64,000 nucleotides of DNA from Spirochaetia bacterium (lineage in GTDB: Bacteria > Spirochaetota > Spirochaetia > SZUA-6 > Bin103): positions 1,216,001 to 1,280,000 of the forward strand of contig CBDATQ010000001.1 of NCBI GenBank assembly GCA_965199955.1, written 5' to 3'. Below are positions 20,142 to 29,839 of this stretch, in pieces. A program made the translations under genes and the position numbers. The notes beneath the pieces are model-generated. The model ran no database searches, was not told where the DNA came from, and saw only the letters and a program-made list of their open reading frames with translations. Numbering within the stretch: the stretch's first letter is position 1; each line of letters starts with the position of its first letter.

Positions 20142-20179
20142 GCGGCCAGCTCACCCTCCGACCGGCGCCGTGAATCTCA

Positions 20180-20209
20180 TTGACACGTTCGGAGGGCGCG
20201 TGTGACAGT
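20180..20209 (+). promoter_or_regulatory. Putative sigma70 promoter of the sugar ABC operon
   Basis: TTGACA (20180-20185), 18-nt spacer ending TGT, then GACAGT. Lies about 85 nt upstream of the gene start. Confidence 0.4.
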
Positions 20210-20293
20210 CCCGGCCAATCCCACAACCTGATTGCTACCGCGGGTAAGCATGGTTTGGCATGCTCGCCGGTAACGACCGATCGGAGGTTCTTC

Positions 20294-21610
20294 TTGAAAA
20301 GGAAACTGTTGCTCTCGTTGATGTTCGTGGTGTTCGGGTCGATGCTGTTCGCCGCCGGCACGGAGGAAGGCGCGGCCGGCGACGTCACGCTGACCTACCT
20401 GACGTGGCTGACGCAGGGCGAGGAAGACGAGCTGTTGAACCGGTTCATGGAGGAAAATCCCGGGATCACGATCGAGGTGGAGGCGATTGACGGAGCCAAG
20501 TACGGCGAGATCCTCAGGTTGCGAATGACCGCGGGCGACCTGCCGGACGTGATCACGGCCAAGCAGAACTTCGTCGAGATGCTGCTCAAGGAAGACTGGG
20601 CGCTGGACATCACGGATGAGCCCGCGACCGCCCTGCTCGAACGTGCTCCCGCCGTCCGCGACGCCCTCACCTACCAAGGAAAAGTGTACTCCGTGCCGCA
20701 CGAGGCTTCCCTGGGCTACAGCCACATGTACTACAACAAGGTGATCTTCCGGGAGCTGGGGCTGCCGGTGCCGTTCGCTCCGGCATCGATCGACGAGCTG
20801 GAGTCCGCGCTGGAGACGATCGCGGCGGCGGGCATCGAGCCGGTGCTGTTCGGAGCGAAGGATCACTGGGTGACCGGGTTCTTCGCGCTGCGCTATTTCG
20901 AGTCCGCCATGTATGGCGCGCTCGCGGAGATGAACGGGGGTACCCCCATCGAACCGAACGAGGCCTATTACAGCGGCGTAGCCAAGCCGTCCGACGCCCT
21001 GCGCACCGCCTTCGAGACGCTCAAACGCTGGCAGGACAGCGGCTGGATTTCGAGAAACAGCCTGTCCATGACGTGGCCGGAGTCATTCGCTCACTTCGCG
21101 GCCGGCAACGCCGCCGTATTTCCGCAAGGGTTCTGGGTTCCGGGCATGGACCAGACGCTGCAGGCGGACGCCGAAGTGTTCGAGATCGGCGCCTTCTACA
21201 TGCCCCAGGACAGCGTGGACGGCAACTACTACGCCACAGGCATCACGGACAAGATGCTGATGGTGAACGCCAGGTCCGACAACCTGGACGCGGCCAAGGT
21301 GCTGCTGAACTGGCTCGGCTCGGAAGAGAACCTCGCTTCCTACCTCAATTCGCGCAAGGCCGGAGGCTTCATTCTGCCGGTCGAAGGCATCGAGCCGCAG
21401 CCGGTCTTCGCGGAGTGGAACGAATACCTCACGTCGCTCGAACCGATCACGCTGCTGACCGTGTTTCCGTTCGTGCCCGGCGACGAGCACACCAACTATG
21501 GACAGTTCAGCCAGTCGGTGCTGGCCGGAGCGACGGTCGACGAAGCTCTCGGCGATCTCGATGCGTTCTACGCCGAGCACAGAGGCCAGATCTCGGTACC
21601 AGAACGCTAG
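20294..21610 (+). CDS. Carbohydrate ABC transporter substrate-binding protein
   Basis: GGAGG RBS and TTG start. Leader KRKLLLSLMFVVFGSMLFAAGTEE, then FMEENPGITIE, GDLPDVI, YYNKVIF.ELG and FAAGNAAV. Confidence 0.9.
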   Translation: MKRKLLLSLMFVVFGSMLFAAGTEEGAAGDVTLTYLTWLTQGEEDELLNRFMEENPGITIEVEAIDGAKYGEILRLRMTAGDLPDVITAKQNFVEMLLKEDWALDITDEPATALLERAPAVRDALTYQGKVYSVPHEASLGYSHMYYNKVIFRELGLPVPFAPASIDELESALETIAAAGIEPVLFGAKDHWVTGFFALRYFESAMYGALAEMNGGTPIEPNEAYYSGVAKPSDALRTAFETLKRWQDSGWISRNSLSMTWPESFAHFAAGNAAVFPQGFWVPGMDQTLQADAEVFEIGAFYMPQDSVDGNYYATGITDKMLMVNARSDNLDAAKVLLNWLGSEENLASYLNSRKAGGFILPVEGIEPQPVFAEWNEYLTSLEPITLLTVFPFVPGDEHTNYGQFSQSVLAGATVDEALGDLDAFYAEHRGQISVPER

Positions 21611-21624
21611 TCCGGCGTTCGGGC

Positions 21625-21650
21625 GGGGGAGACCGGCGACGGTCTCCCCC
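21625..21650 (+). terminator. GC-rich stem-loop between the binding-protein and permease genes
   Basis: GGGGGAGACCG-GCGA-CGGTCTCCCCC: perfect 11-bp stem, GNRA loop, no U-tract. Confidence 0.65.
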
Positions 21651-21690
21651 AACGGCCGTCCCACAGCGCGGTGACCGGAACCAGACTGTC

Positions 21691-22593
21691 ATGAAACAGA
21701 CCCCCGGGCTGCGGGGCAAGCTGGAGCGACGCGACTTCAGAGCGGCCCTGCTCTCGATCGCCATCCCGTTCGTCCTGTTCTTCGCGTTCGTCTACTTTCC
21801 GCAGTTGATGAACGTCTTCCTCAGCTTCACGGACTGGAACGGCTACAGCAGCAGCTTCAGCTTCGTGGGGCTGGCGAACTACGCGAAGTTCTTCACCTAT
21901 GAGCCGATGACGTCCGCGATCGTGAACTCCTTCGTGTTCACCCTGAGCGTCACCGTCCTCGGTCTGGTCACGCAGCTCGGGATGGCCCTGGTCCTGTACC
22001 GGGGGATCCGCGGTGTCGGCTTCTTCAAGACGGTCTTCTACCTGCCCCTGCTGTTCAGTTGGGTGATCCAGTCGGTGATCTGGAACAGCATCCTGCGCTT
22101 CAACGGGCTGCTGAACACGCTGCTGGAGTCGATCGGTCTGGAGGTGCTGATACGCGACTGGCTCGGCGAGATCGGCACCTCGATGGCAGCCGTGATCTTC
22201 GTGAATACGTGGGCCGGCTTCGGCTACGGCCTGATCATCTTCCTTGCCGGGCTCCTGTCCATCCCGCGGGAGCTCGAGGAGGCGGCGCAGATCGACGGAG
22301 CTTCCGGCTTCCGCGGATTCAGGCACGTCACGCTGCCGTTGATCATGTACTCGGTGACCATCGACCTGTTTCTCGGGATCCGCACGCTGAGCACGTTCGA
22401 TCTGATCTTCATCATGACCAGAGGGGGGCCGCGCGGTTCGACCAGGACGGTGGCGCTGGCGATCTACGAGGAGGCGTTCCGCTTCGACCGGGTGGGATTC
22501 GCCGCCGCATCCGCGGTGCTCCTCACCTGCATCATAGGAGTCCTGGCGTTCCTTCAAGTCCGGACGACGCGGCGTCTGGAGGTTCAGCATTAG
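21691..22593 (+). CDS. Carbohydrate ABC transporter permease (MalF-like)
   Basis: SFTDWNG, FVGLANY, EAA loop ELEEAAQIDGAS and MTRGGP. Confidence 0.92.
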   Translation: MKQTPGLRGKLERRDFRAALLSIAIPFVLFFAFVYFPQLMNVFLSFTDWNGYSSSFSFVGLANYAKFFTYEPMTSAIVNSFVFTLSVTVLGLVTQLGMALVLYRGIRGVGFFKTVFYLPLLFSWVIQSVIWNSILRFNGLLNTLLESIGLEVLIRDWLGEIGTSMAAVIFVNTWAGFGYGLIIFLAGLLSIPRELEEAAQIDGASGFRGFRHVTLPLIMYSVTIDLFLGIRTLSTFDLIFIMTRGGPRGSTRTVALAIYEEAFRFDRVGFAAASAVLLTCIIGVLAFLQVRTTRRLEVQH

Positions 22594-22612
22594 CGCTTCA
22601 AGAGCCGCGGCG

Positions 22613-23458
22613 TTGCCCAACCGAACAGGCGATGCGCTCGGGGTGGCGATCTTCAGGTATGCGCTCGCCGTGGGTGCGCTGATGGTGATCGGCATCCCGA
22701 TCCTCTATGGGTTCCTGGGGGCGTTCAAGCAGAACAGCGAGGTCCTCCTCTCCAGGTTCCTGCCCGAGTCCGTGTACTTCGGCAACCTGATGCGCGTGCT
22801 CGGCGATCAGAGGGTGCTGCGAGCGATCGTCAACTCGTTCTACATCTGCCTGTTTTCGCTGATCGTAGGATGCGTGCTGTGCCTGTTGGCGTCGGTACCG
22901 ATCGCCCGGCGCACGGAGCGGATCTTCGGCGTGCTCTACGCGATCTTCCTGAGCTCGATGATCGTCCCCGCGATCGCCAGCTTCGTGACGCTGTACGTCA
23001 TGATGGCCAGGCTGCGGCTGGTGAACAACACGTCCGCGGTCTCGCTGCTGTACGCCGCCCAGTTCATGCTGCCGATCGGCGTGCTGATTTTCACCAGCTT
23101 CCTGAGGACGGTTCCCCTGGAGCTCGAGGAAGCGGCGAAGATGGAGGGGTGCGGCTACTTCGAGCGCATCTTCCACGTGAGCGCGCCCCTGATCAGGGCG
23201 CCGGTGCTGTCGCTCGCCGTCCTGCAGCTCCCGGCAGTGTGGAACGAGTTCCTGATACCGCTCCTGTTCCTGCGCAAGCAGGAGACGAAGCCGCTGACGC
23301 TGCTCATCTACAACTTCACAAACGAACACGAGAGCGACTTCGGCGCGATCTTCGCGCTGATCGTCGTCGGCATGATCGTGCCGCTGGCGCTCTTTCTGGT
23401 CGCGCGGAAAAAGATCGAGGAGAGCGTCGGGGCTACGGCCGGTGGCGTGAAGGGCTGA
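22613..23458 (+). CDS. Carbohydrate ABC transporter permease (MalG-like)
   Basis: ELEEAAKMEGC, WNEFLIPL, multiple TM helices and a GGVKG end. Confidence 0.92.
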   Translation: MPNRTGDALGVAIFRYALAVGALMVIGIPILYGFLGAFKQNSEVLLSRFLPESVYFGNLMRVLGDQRVLRAIVNSFYICLFSLIVGCVLCLLASVPIARRTERIFGVLYAIFLSSMIVPAIASFVTLYVMMARLRLVNNTSAVSLLYAAQFMLPIGVLIFTSFLRTVPLELEEAAKMEGCGYFERIFHVSAPLIRAPVLSLAVLQLPAVWNEFLIPLLFLRKQETKPLTLLIYNFTNEHESDFGAIFALIVVGMIVPLALFLVARKKIEESVGATAGGVKG

Positions 23459-23471
23459 GGCGAGGGCGGCC

Positions 23472-24179
23472 CTACTCGCGTTTCGCCACCATCTCGTGCA
23501 TTGCGACGACCGCACGCTTGGCGATGGAGAGCGCGCGATCGGCGTCGTCCCTGGTCGGAGTGCCCAGAGGCAGGAGACCCGACTCCGCCGGGTATCTGCC
23601 TCGGTAGATCTCGTCCATGAAGTCGACATCGGCAGGATGTAGTGGCGCAGGCAACCGATAGTCCTCGGTTATCGCCAGCAGCCGATGGATGCTGTGGATC
23701 TTTTCGAGATCCCAGCCACGGTCCAGGAGCATGGTCTTGATCGATTTCTCCACAGACTGCTGGGCGTGATAGCACGCGCCGCGGAAGAAACCGCCGGACA
23801 GGAGATGCTCGGCGGCATTGAGGTCCTCCTCCGCCTGCTGGATCCACGCCCTGATGCCCTCTCTCATGTAGATACAGATTCCCTCGCTGACGATCTTGCG
23901 CAGGAACACGCTTCCGCGCCGAAACTCCTCGGCGAACCGGGAGCGGGTAAGCACGTAGTCGTCGATGTCGAACATGCGCTTGAAAGAGCGCAGCGCAGTC
24001 GTCAACTCGCCAGCGCTGTCGTTGCCCGGCGGGCCGTCACGGTCCTCGGTCACGACCAGCAGGTCGAGGTCATTGCCTGACGCTGCCTGCGCGACTGAGC
24101 CGAACAGGATGATCTCGACCGGATCGACCGCCTCGACGACCGCGTCACGCACCAATGACGCGGTCTTACGTGTCACCAC
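23472..24179 (-). CDS. Fused minimal nucleotidyltransferase (MNT)-HEPN protein
   Basis: N-half IILFGSVAQ...NDLDLLVV...EGICIY. C-half AWIQQAEEDL..A...ACYHAQQSVEKSIK...KIHSIHRL...RYP. Confidence 0.85.
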   Translation of the reverse strand: MVTRKTASLVRDAVVEAVDPVEIILFGSVAQAASGNDLDLLVVTEDRDGPPGNDSAGELTTALRSFKRMFDIDDYVLTRSRFAEEFRRGSVFLRKIVSEGICIYMREGIRAWIQQAEEDLNAAEHLLSGGFFRGACYHAQQSVEKSIKTMLLDRGWDLEKIHSIHRLLAITEDYRLPAPLHPADVDFMDEIYRGRYPAESGLLPLGTPTRDDADRALSIAKRAVVAMHEMVAKRE

Positions 24180-24279
24180 GGAAGCAACGATACCACGCGG
24201 CCGCTACGCTCGGGCTGCAGCGGTGCGGGAGCTGCGCCGACCGCTCCGCAGGGCTCGGGGATCGACGCGGACGTTGAAG

Positions 24280-24598
24280 GATCGGCGGCCAGAAGCCCCA
24301 GACCAGGCTGAAGAAGGCGAGCAGGAACGTTTCCTGACCAGCCCGAAGAAGAACGGATCGCGGAAGAACTTGAGAAACCACTTCAGCCCGCCCCAGTCGC
24401 TGCCCCACACGCCGTCCAGCAGAAGTTCTGGAAGGCGAGGACCATGTTGTAGGCCGGCAGATAGCGGAACAGGACGATGCCGGCGACCGCCGGCAGCACC
24501 ATGAGGTAGAGCAGCGGGCGGCGGCGGACGTCGCTGATCAGCGGATGGCGTTTCTTCCAGGTGCCGGTGAGCTGCGCGTCGTGTTCGACCGAGCCCAT
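24280..24598 (-). pseudogene. LplB-type sugar ABC permease 5' fragment
   Basis: LLYLMVLPAV...LFRYLPAY..VLAFQNF, frameshift, WGSDWGGLKWFLKFFRDPFF, then the sequence breaks off. Confidence 0.78.
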
Positions 24599-24608
24599 CG
24601 GCGGACCG

Positions 24609-27600
24609 CTATCCCGCGGCGGGACCGGGGCGGCTGCCGGCGCCGGGATGCAGGATGTCGCGGACTTCCAGCGGCTGCCCCAGCTCCTGGTTGGCCTGCT
24701 CAAGCTTCTGGCGGCTGGAGACCACGCAGACCGAGGCGTGCCCGGACGGCGCCAGCAGGTCGCCGAGCGCGTCCCTCACGGCCCGCGGGGTGACGCGGCG
24801 CAGCGACTCGTAACGTCGCTGCCGCAGCTCGTCCGTGGTGCCGCTCAGGTGGCGCTGCAGCGCCGCTCCGGTCGCCTGTCCGGGCCGGACCGCCCGGAAG
24901 TCGCCCTTGGCGGTGGCGATGATGGCGCGGTCGATGTCGAGCTGGCTCCAGTCGGAATCGGCGACGTAGCGGTCCGTGGCGTCGAACACGCCAAGGGTGC
25001 GCGCCACGTGCGGGTCGTGGTACGAGCCGAAGGAGGCCCGCGCGGATCGCGAATCGTAGGAGAAGCTCGCGCCGTAGGCGTTGCCCTTGAAGCGCACCTC
25101 CGGCAGCAGGTAGTCCATGCGGATCAGGTGGGCCCCCACCCGCAGCGGCGCCTCGGCCGGGTCGGAGGCGTGCGGCGCCGGGATCACCTTGGCGCAGTGG
25201 GCCACCTGGATCGGCCCGGCCAGACCGGCGTGCGCAGGCGGCAGTGGAGCGAAGCCGGTCGGCGCGGCGACGACCGGGGCGGCCGGCATCGACGCGATCC
25301 ATGAGGCCAAGGCCGTGGAGGCGAGGTCGAAGGCGGCGTCGCCGCCGGTGAAGCTCACCGCCAGGCGGTCGCGGTTCAGCAGGAAGTCGCGGATCGACTC
25401 GATCCGCCCGATCAGCGCGTCGGCGTGTTCGCCGAACGCGCCTGCGACCTCTTCACACTGGTCGAGTTGCGGGAGCCCGCCCATCAGGTCATGCAGGTAG
25501 CCGTCCTCGCTCATGCCGCGTGCCGCGTAGGTCTGGGCGGTGCCCAGGCCCTGATGCACCAGTTGGGTGCGGAAGCGGGAGCGCGTCTGCACCATGACCT
25601 CGCGCAGCCGCTCGCGGTCCCCGGGATCGACCTCGAACAGCAGGTCGCGCAGCAGCTCCAGCGCCGCCGCCATCTGGTCGTCCAGCGCCTTGAGGCGAAC
25701 GGTCAGCCGCCAGACCCGTCGCTCCGGCTCCTCGGCATGCCAGCCGATGCCGGTCGAGGCGGCGATGCCGCCGGTGGTGGCCGCCGATCGCCGAGCGATC
25801 GCCGCGTAGTCCTGTCCCGCGGCGCCGAGCTTGCGCAGCGCCGACGTGTAGCGCGGCACGAAGGGCCAGAGCTCCGCGGGCAGTCCGATCAGGTCGAACG
25901 ACAGCGCCAGGTAGTTGACGCCGTTGGCGTACACGTCGTTGCGCAGGACATCGACCCCGCCGACGTCGTGCACGGCGGTGTCGATGCGAGTGATCTCGCC
26001 CGGCAGATCGCCCACCGCAAGCTGCGGCAGCCGCGCCAGCGCCTCCGGGCTGTTGGGCTGGCTGTTGCTGCGCTGCAGCGCGGCCGCCTGCTCGGCGATC
26101 CGTTCGGTATCCCCGTCGGAGAGACGTGAGCGCAGCGTGCGCATCCGTTCCGTGAAGGCAGTGTCCGTGCGTTCCTGCAGCTCCGGATCGGGACGCAGGC
26201 GGATGCGGAGGCGGTGCGGATTGGCGAGCAGCCGTTCGCGGATCATCCGCTCGAAGAGCTTTGGATCGTCGCGGTAGCGCTGCCGGAACGCCTCCAGGTG
26301 CTCGCCCAGCCGCAGGAACGTCAGGGGGTCCATGCCGTAGATCCACGCGTCCAGGACCCGGTCCAGCATGTGCAGCGGGTACATGGGCTGGATCTCCTGG
26401 TAGTGGTAGGTGGCCTGCTGCAGGGCGGTGTCGACCTGCTCGGCGGTCACCCCGTTCTCGGCGATGTCGCCCAAGGTGGATACGACCAGGTCCGTGAACT
26501 GCTCGGTGCGGTCGGCTTCGCTGTCCTTGATGCCCACGGCGAAGGCGATCTCACGCCCCAGCGGAAACGCCCCCGAGGAGACCAGGTCGGCACCGATGCC
26601 GCTGTCGATGATCGCCTTGCGCAGCGGCGCCGCCTCGTGGCCGAGCAGGATCGTGTCGAGCAGGTACCACTCGATCCCGGCATCGACGTCGGTGGCATCG
26701 GCGGTGAGCCAGCCCAGAAACAGGTAGGTCTTGCCGTCCGTTGCCTCGCCGGGGCCGACCGGATAGGTGTCGTCGAAGTGGCGCGGCTCCGACCAGCGCG
26801 GCTGCAGGCCCAGGTCGATCGCGGGCGTGGCGCTGGTCAGGCCGGAGAGCCGTGGGCTGAGGAAGTCCAGGTAGTCCCGCGTCGGGATGTCGCCGTACAG
26901 GAAGAAATAGGCGTTGCCGGGCTGATAGTGGTCGGCGTGGTAGCGGCGAAAGGCATCGTAGGTGAGGTCCGGGATCGCTTCCGGCTCGCCGCCGGAGGAG
27001 CGGCCGTAGATGGTGTCCGGCAGCAGCTTGCGCATGGCGCCGCGGTACAGCCGAGCCAGCGGGCTGGAGTAGGCGCCCTTCATCTCGTTGTAGACGATGC
27101 CAGTCACCACCAGCGCCCCGGTCGGGTCGTCCGGATCGGCGGGGGCCAGGTGGTGGCCTTCCCGCTTGAAGGAGTCCTCGGTGAGCAGGGGATGGAACAC
27201 CGCGTCGAAGTACACCTCGGCCAGGTTGAACAGGTCCTTGCGGGTGTTGCTGGCCACCGGGTAATAGGTGCAGTCCGGCGCCGTCATGGCGTTGATGAAG
27301 GTGGCCATGCTCATCTTCAGCATCTCGAAGAACGGCTCGCGCACCGGGAAGCGCCGGGAGCCGGCCAGCACCACGTGCTCGAGGATGTGCGTCAGCCCGG
27401 TGTCGTCCGGCGGCGGCGTGGGGAAGTTGATCGAGAACAGGTTCTCCGGGTCGTCGCAGTGGACGTGCAGGATGCGGGCGCCGCTGGTCCGGTGGTCGAT
27501 TCGATAGGCGCGGCCCCGCACCTCCGGCACGGGATCGACGGAGCGCACGGTGAAGCCGTCGATCGCCTCGCCGGCGGCGTGCAGGGCTGGGGGAATGGCA

Positions 27601-27632
27601 GGCATAACGGGCGCAATCATACCCGACGCCAT
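24609..27632 (-). CDS. M16C (presequence protease/insulinase-like) zinc peptidase
   Basis: Inverted zinc motif HILEH, FINAMTAPDCTYYPVAS, IVYNEMKGAYS and VRFKGNAYGA. About 1000 aa. Confidence 0.93.
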   Translation of the reverse strand: MASGMIAPVMPAIPPALHAAGEAIDGFTVRSVDPVPEVRGRAYRIDHRTSGARILHVHCDDPENLFSINFPTPPPDDTGLTHILEHVVLAGSRRFPVREPFFEMLKMSMATFINAMTAPDCTYYPVASNTRKDLFNLAEVYFDAVFHPLLTEDSFKREGHHLAPADPDDPTGALVVTGIVYNEMKGAYSSPLARLYRGAMRKLLPDTIYGRSSGGEPEAIPDLTYDAFRRYHADHYQPGNAYFFLYGDIPTRDYLDFLSPRLSGLTSATPAIDLGLQPRWSEPRHFDDTYPVGPGEATDGKTYLFLGWLTADATDVDAGIEWYLLDTILLGHEAAPLRKAIIDSGIGADLVSSGAFPLGREIAFAVGIKDSEADRTEQFTDLVVSTLGDIAENGVTAEQVDTALQQATYHYQEIQPMYPLHMLDRVLDAWIYGMDPLTFLRLGEHLEAFRQRYRDDPKLFERMIRERLLANPHRLRIRLRPDPELQERTDTAFTERMRTLRSRLSDGDTERIAEQAAALQRSNSQPNSPEALARLPQLAVGDLPGEITRIDTAVHDVGGVDVLRNDVYANGVNYLALSFDLIGLPAELWPFVPRYTSALRKLGAAGQDYAAIARRSAATTGGIAASTGIGWHAEEPERRVWRLTVRLKALDDQMAAALELLRDLLFEVDPGDRERLREVMVQTRSRFRTQLVHQGLGTAQTYAARGMSEDGYLHDLMGGLPQLDQCEEVAGAFGEHADALIGRIESIRDFLLNRDRLAVSFTGGDAAFDLASTALASWIASMPAAPVVAAPTGFAPLPPAHAGLAGPIQVAHCAKVIPAPHASDPAEAPLRVGAHLIRMDYLLPEVRFKGNAYGASFSYDSRSARASFGSYHDPHVARTLGVFDATDRYVADSDWSQLDIDRAIIATAKGDFRAVRPGQATGAALQRHLSGTTDELRQRRYESLRRVTPRAVRDALGDLLAPSGHASVCVVSSRQKLEQANQELGQPLEVRDILHPGAGSRPGPAAG

Positions 27633-27665
27633 ACCCGACGCGGGCGCCGGCGAGCGGCCGCCGGC

Positions 27666-28154
27666 TCAGCCTTCGCTCTGTGGTGCGATGCTCCGGTAGG
27701 CGCCGCCGAAGAACAGCAGCGGATCGCCGTCTTCGGCGTCTCCGGCGACGATCCGGCCGATGAAGATCTCGTGGTCGCCGCCCGGCAGCCGATCGGTCAG
27801 CCGGCAGTCCACCCACGCCAGCGCGTCGCGGAACACCGGCGCGCCGGTCTCGGCGGTGCGCAGCGCGACGCCTTCCAGGCTCTTGGGGCCGGGGGTGGCG
27901 AAGCGCTGGGAGAGGTCTTCCTGGTCGCGGCGCAGGATGCTGACCGCGAAGGCCTCCGATTCGCTCAGCCGCTCGCGCATGGCGTTGCGCAGGTCGACCG
28001 CGAACAGGATCAGGGGAGGGGAGAGCGACAGCGACAGGAGCGAGTTGGCGGTCATCGCCCAGCCCGCGTCTCCGTGTCCGGTCGTCACCACGGAGACGCC
28101 CGTCGCGAACATGCCCATGATGCGGCGCTGCTCGCGGGGATCGAAGTCCGGCAT
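27666..28154 (-). CDS. Flavin reductase family protein
   Basis: MGMFATGVSVVTT, MTANS..SLSLSPPL, GGDHEIFIGRI and PLLF. Confidence 0.92.
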   Translation of the reverse strand: MPDFDPREQRRIMGMFATGVSVVTTGHGDAGWAMTANSLLSLSLSPPLILFAVDLRNAMRERLSESEAFAVSILRRDQEDLSQRFATPGPKSLEGVALRTAETGAPVFRDALAWVDCRLTDRLPGGDHEIFIGRIVAGDAEDGDPLLFFGGAYRSIAPQSEG

Positions 28155-28165
28155 CAGCTGCTCCT

Positions 28166-29839
28166 CTACTGTATGGTCGAGACGAGCGTGTCGAGTCCCG
28201 CGGCCGGATCGGAACCCAGGTCGACGCGGAGCACGCGCCGGCCGGCGTCGAGCAGCGCCTGCCGGTCGCCGAGCGCCTGCGCCTCGATCAGCACCCCGAA
28301 CGACAGCGAGCTCGCCTCGGCGCCGTCACGGTCCGGAATCGGCAGGTCGTCCGTGTGGCCGGCCGTGAGCTGCATGAACGCGCCGGCGCCGGCATCGCCC
28401 TTGTGCAGTTGCCCGGTCGAGTGCAGGAAGCGCGGGCCGTAGCCGCAGGTCGTGGCAAGGCCGGTGAGCTCCAGGATGCGCCGACGCAGCCGGTCCAGCG
28501 CCGCGTCGGTGGCAGGCGTCGGCGCCAGGTAGGCGTGCAGCGCCACGTACCCGCGAGGTCCATCCGACTCCGTCGGCCACAGGAACGCCGCCAGTGCGCC
28601 GGGCACGTCTGCCGCGCCACCGCCGTACACGGTGAGGCCGTCGAGGGCCGCCGTCGGGATCAGGACCGGCAGGGAGCCGGCGTCGCGGTAGGCGTCGACC
28701 ATGCTCCGCGCCCCGACTTTGGCCGATTCCACGTTCGGCTGGTCGAAGGGGTTGATGCCCATCACGGCGCCGGCCACGGCGGTGGCGATCTCCCACCGGT
28801 ACATGACCGCGCCCAGTTCGTCGGTCGAGTCCAGGACGCACTCGGCCACCGGGTGGCCGGCTTCGGCCAGCGCATCGAGGCCGCCTGCCGGCTCGGTGCT
28901 CAGGCGATGGCCGACGAACACCCGGTCCTCGGGATAGCGGCCGGCGGCGAGCTCCATCTCGCCGTCCACCGGCAGAATGCCGCGGCCGTCCTTGCCGGTG
29001 CTCTCCGCGACGAGCTGCTCGATCCAGGCGCCGAGCGGAGCCAGACTCTTCGAGGAACGCAGCATCAGCTTGTCCCGCCCGGACCGCTCGGCAGCGCCCA
29101 GCAGGGCGCCCAGGGCTACCCCGGCGCTGTCCTCGATCGGCTGCACGGCCTCGACCGCGGCGGCCTCCAGCAGACGCGCGACATCCACGCCCATGAGCGC
29201 TGCCGGCACCAGGCCGAAGTTGGACAGCGCCGAGTAGCGGCCGCCCACCTCCGGGTCGCCGTACATCACGTGCGCCGCCCCGAGCTCGCGGGCCTCGCGC
29301 TCCAGGCCGGAGCCCGGATCGGTGATCGCCACCACGCGCGACTGCGCCGCCGCGCGGCCGAGCTCGCGGTCAAGCCACGTGAACAGGTGCCGGAACAGGC
29401 TGATCGTCTCCACCGTGCCGCCCGACTTGGTGGCGACCAGCACCAGCGTCCGCTCGGGCGGCGCCTCCGCCACCGCGGCGCGCACGGCGTCGGGATGCGT
29501 GCTGTCCAGCACGCGCAGGTTCAGGTATCCGGGGCGGCTGCCCAGCACGCGGCCGAACACCTCGGGCGCCAGGCTCGAGCCGCCCATGCCCAGCAGCAGC
29601 GCCCGGGTCAGGCCGGCCGCCCGAGCGTCGGCGACCACGCGCTCGATCGCGGGCAGCTCGGCGCTCATCGCCGTGGGAAGCGTCAGCCATCCCATGCGGT
29701 CGGCGATCTCGGTCGGGTCGGGACCCCAGACCGTGTGGTCGCGCGCCCGCAGCCGGTCGCCGATCCGTTCGGCGCCCAAGCGCTCCCGGCACGCCCGAAC
29801 CTCCGCCGCGAGGGAGGATGGGTCGCAGTGGAACGTCAA
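28166..29839 (-). CDS. pgi: Glucose-6-phosphate isomerase (Tal-Pgi type)
   Basis: LLGMGGSSLAPE, LDSTHP, ATKSGGTVET, ITDPGS, VGGRYSALS, EQLVAESTGK, PFDQPNVESAK and GPRFLHSTGQLHKG. Confidence 0.9.
   Translation of the reverse strand: MTFHCDPSSLAAEVRACRERLGAERIGDRLRARDHTVWGPDPTEIADRMGWLTLPTAMSAELPAIERVVADARAAGLTRALLLGMGGSSLAPEVFGRVLGSRPGYLNLRVLDSTHPDAVRAAVAEAPPERTLVLVATKSGGTVETISLFRHLFTWLDRELGRAAAQSRVVAITDPGSGLEREARELGAAHVMYGDPEVGGRYSALSNFGLVPAALMGVDVARLLEAAAVEAVQPIEDSAGVALGALLGAAERSGRDKLMLRSSKSLAPLGAWIEQLVAESTGKDGRGILPVDGEMELAAGRYPEDRVFVGHRLSTEPAGGLDALAEAGHPVAECVLDSTDELGAVMYRWEIATAVAGAVMGINPFDQPNVESAKVGARSMVDAYRDAGSLPVLIPTAALDGLTVYGGGAADVPGALAAFLWPTESDGPRGYVALHAYLAPTPATDAALDRLRRRILELTGLATTCGYGPRFLHSTGQLHKGDAGAGAFMQLTAGHTDDLPIPDRDGAEASSLSFGVLIEAQALGDRQALLDAGRRVLRVDLGSDPAAGLDTLVSTIQ

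Noticed and set aside
27618..27641. 12-bp tandem repeat CATACCCGACGC twice at the M16 peptidase start
   Set aside because: Only two copies. It mainly makes the start codon ambiguous and shows no evidence of function.
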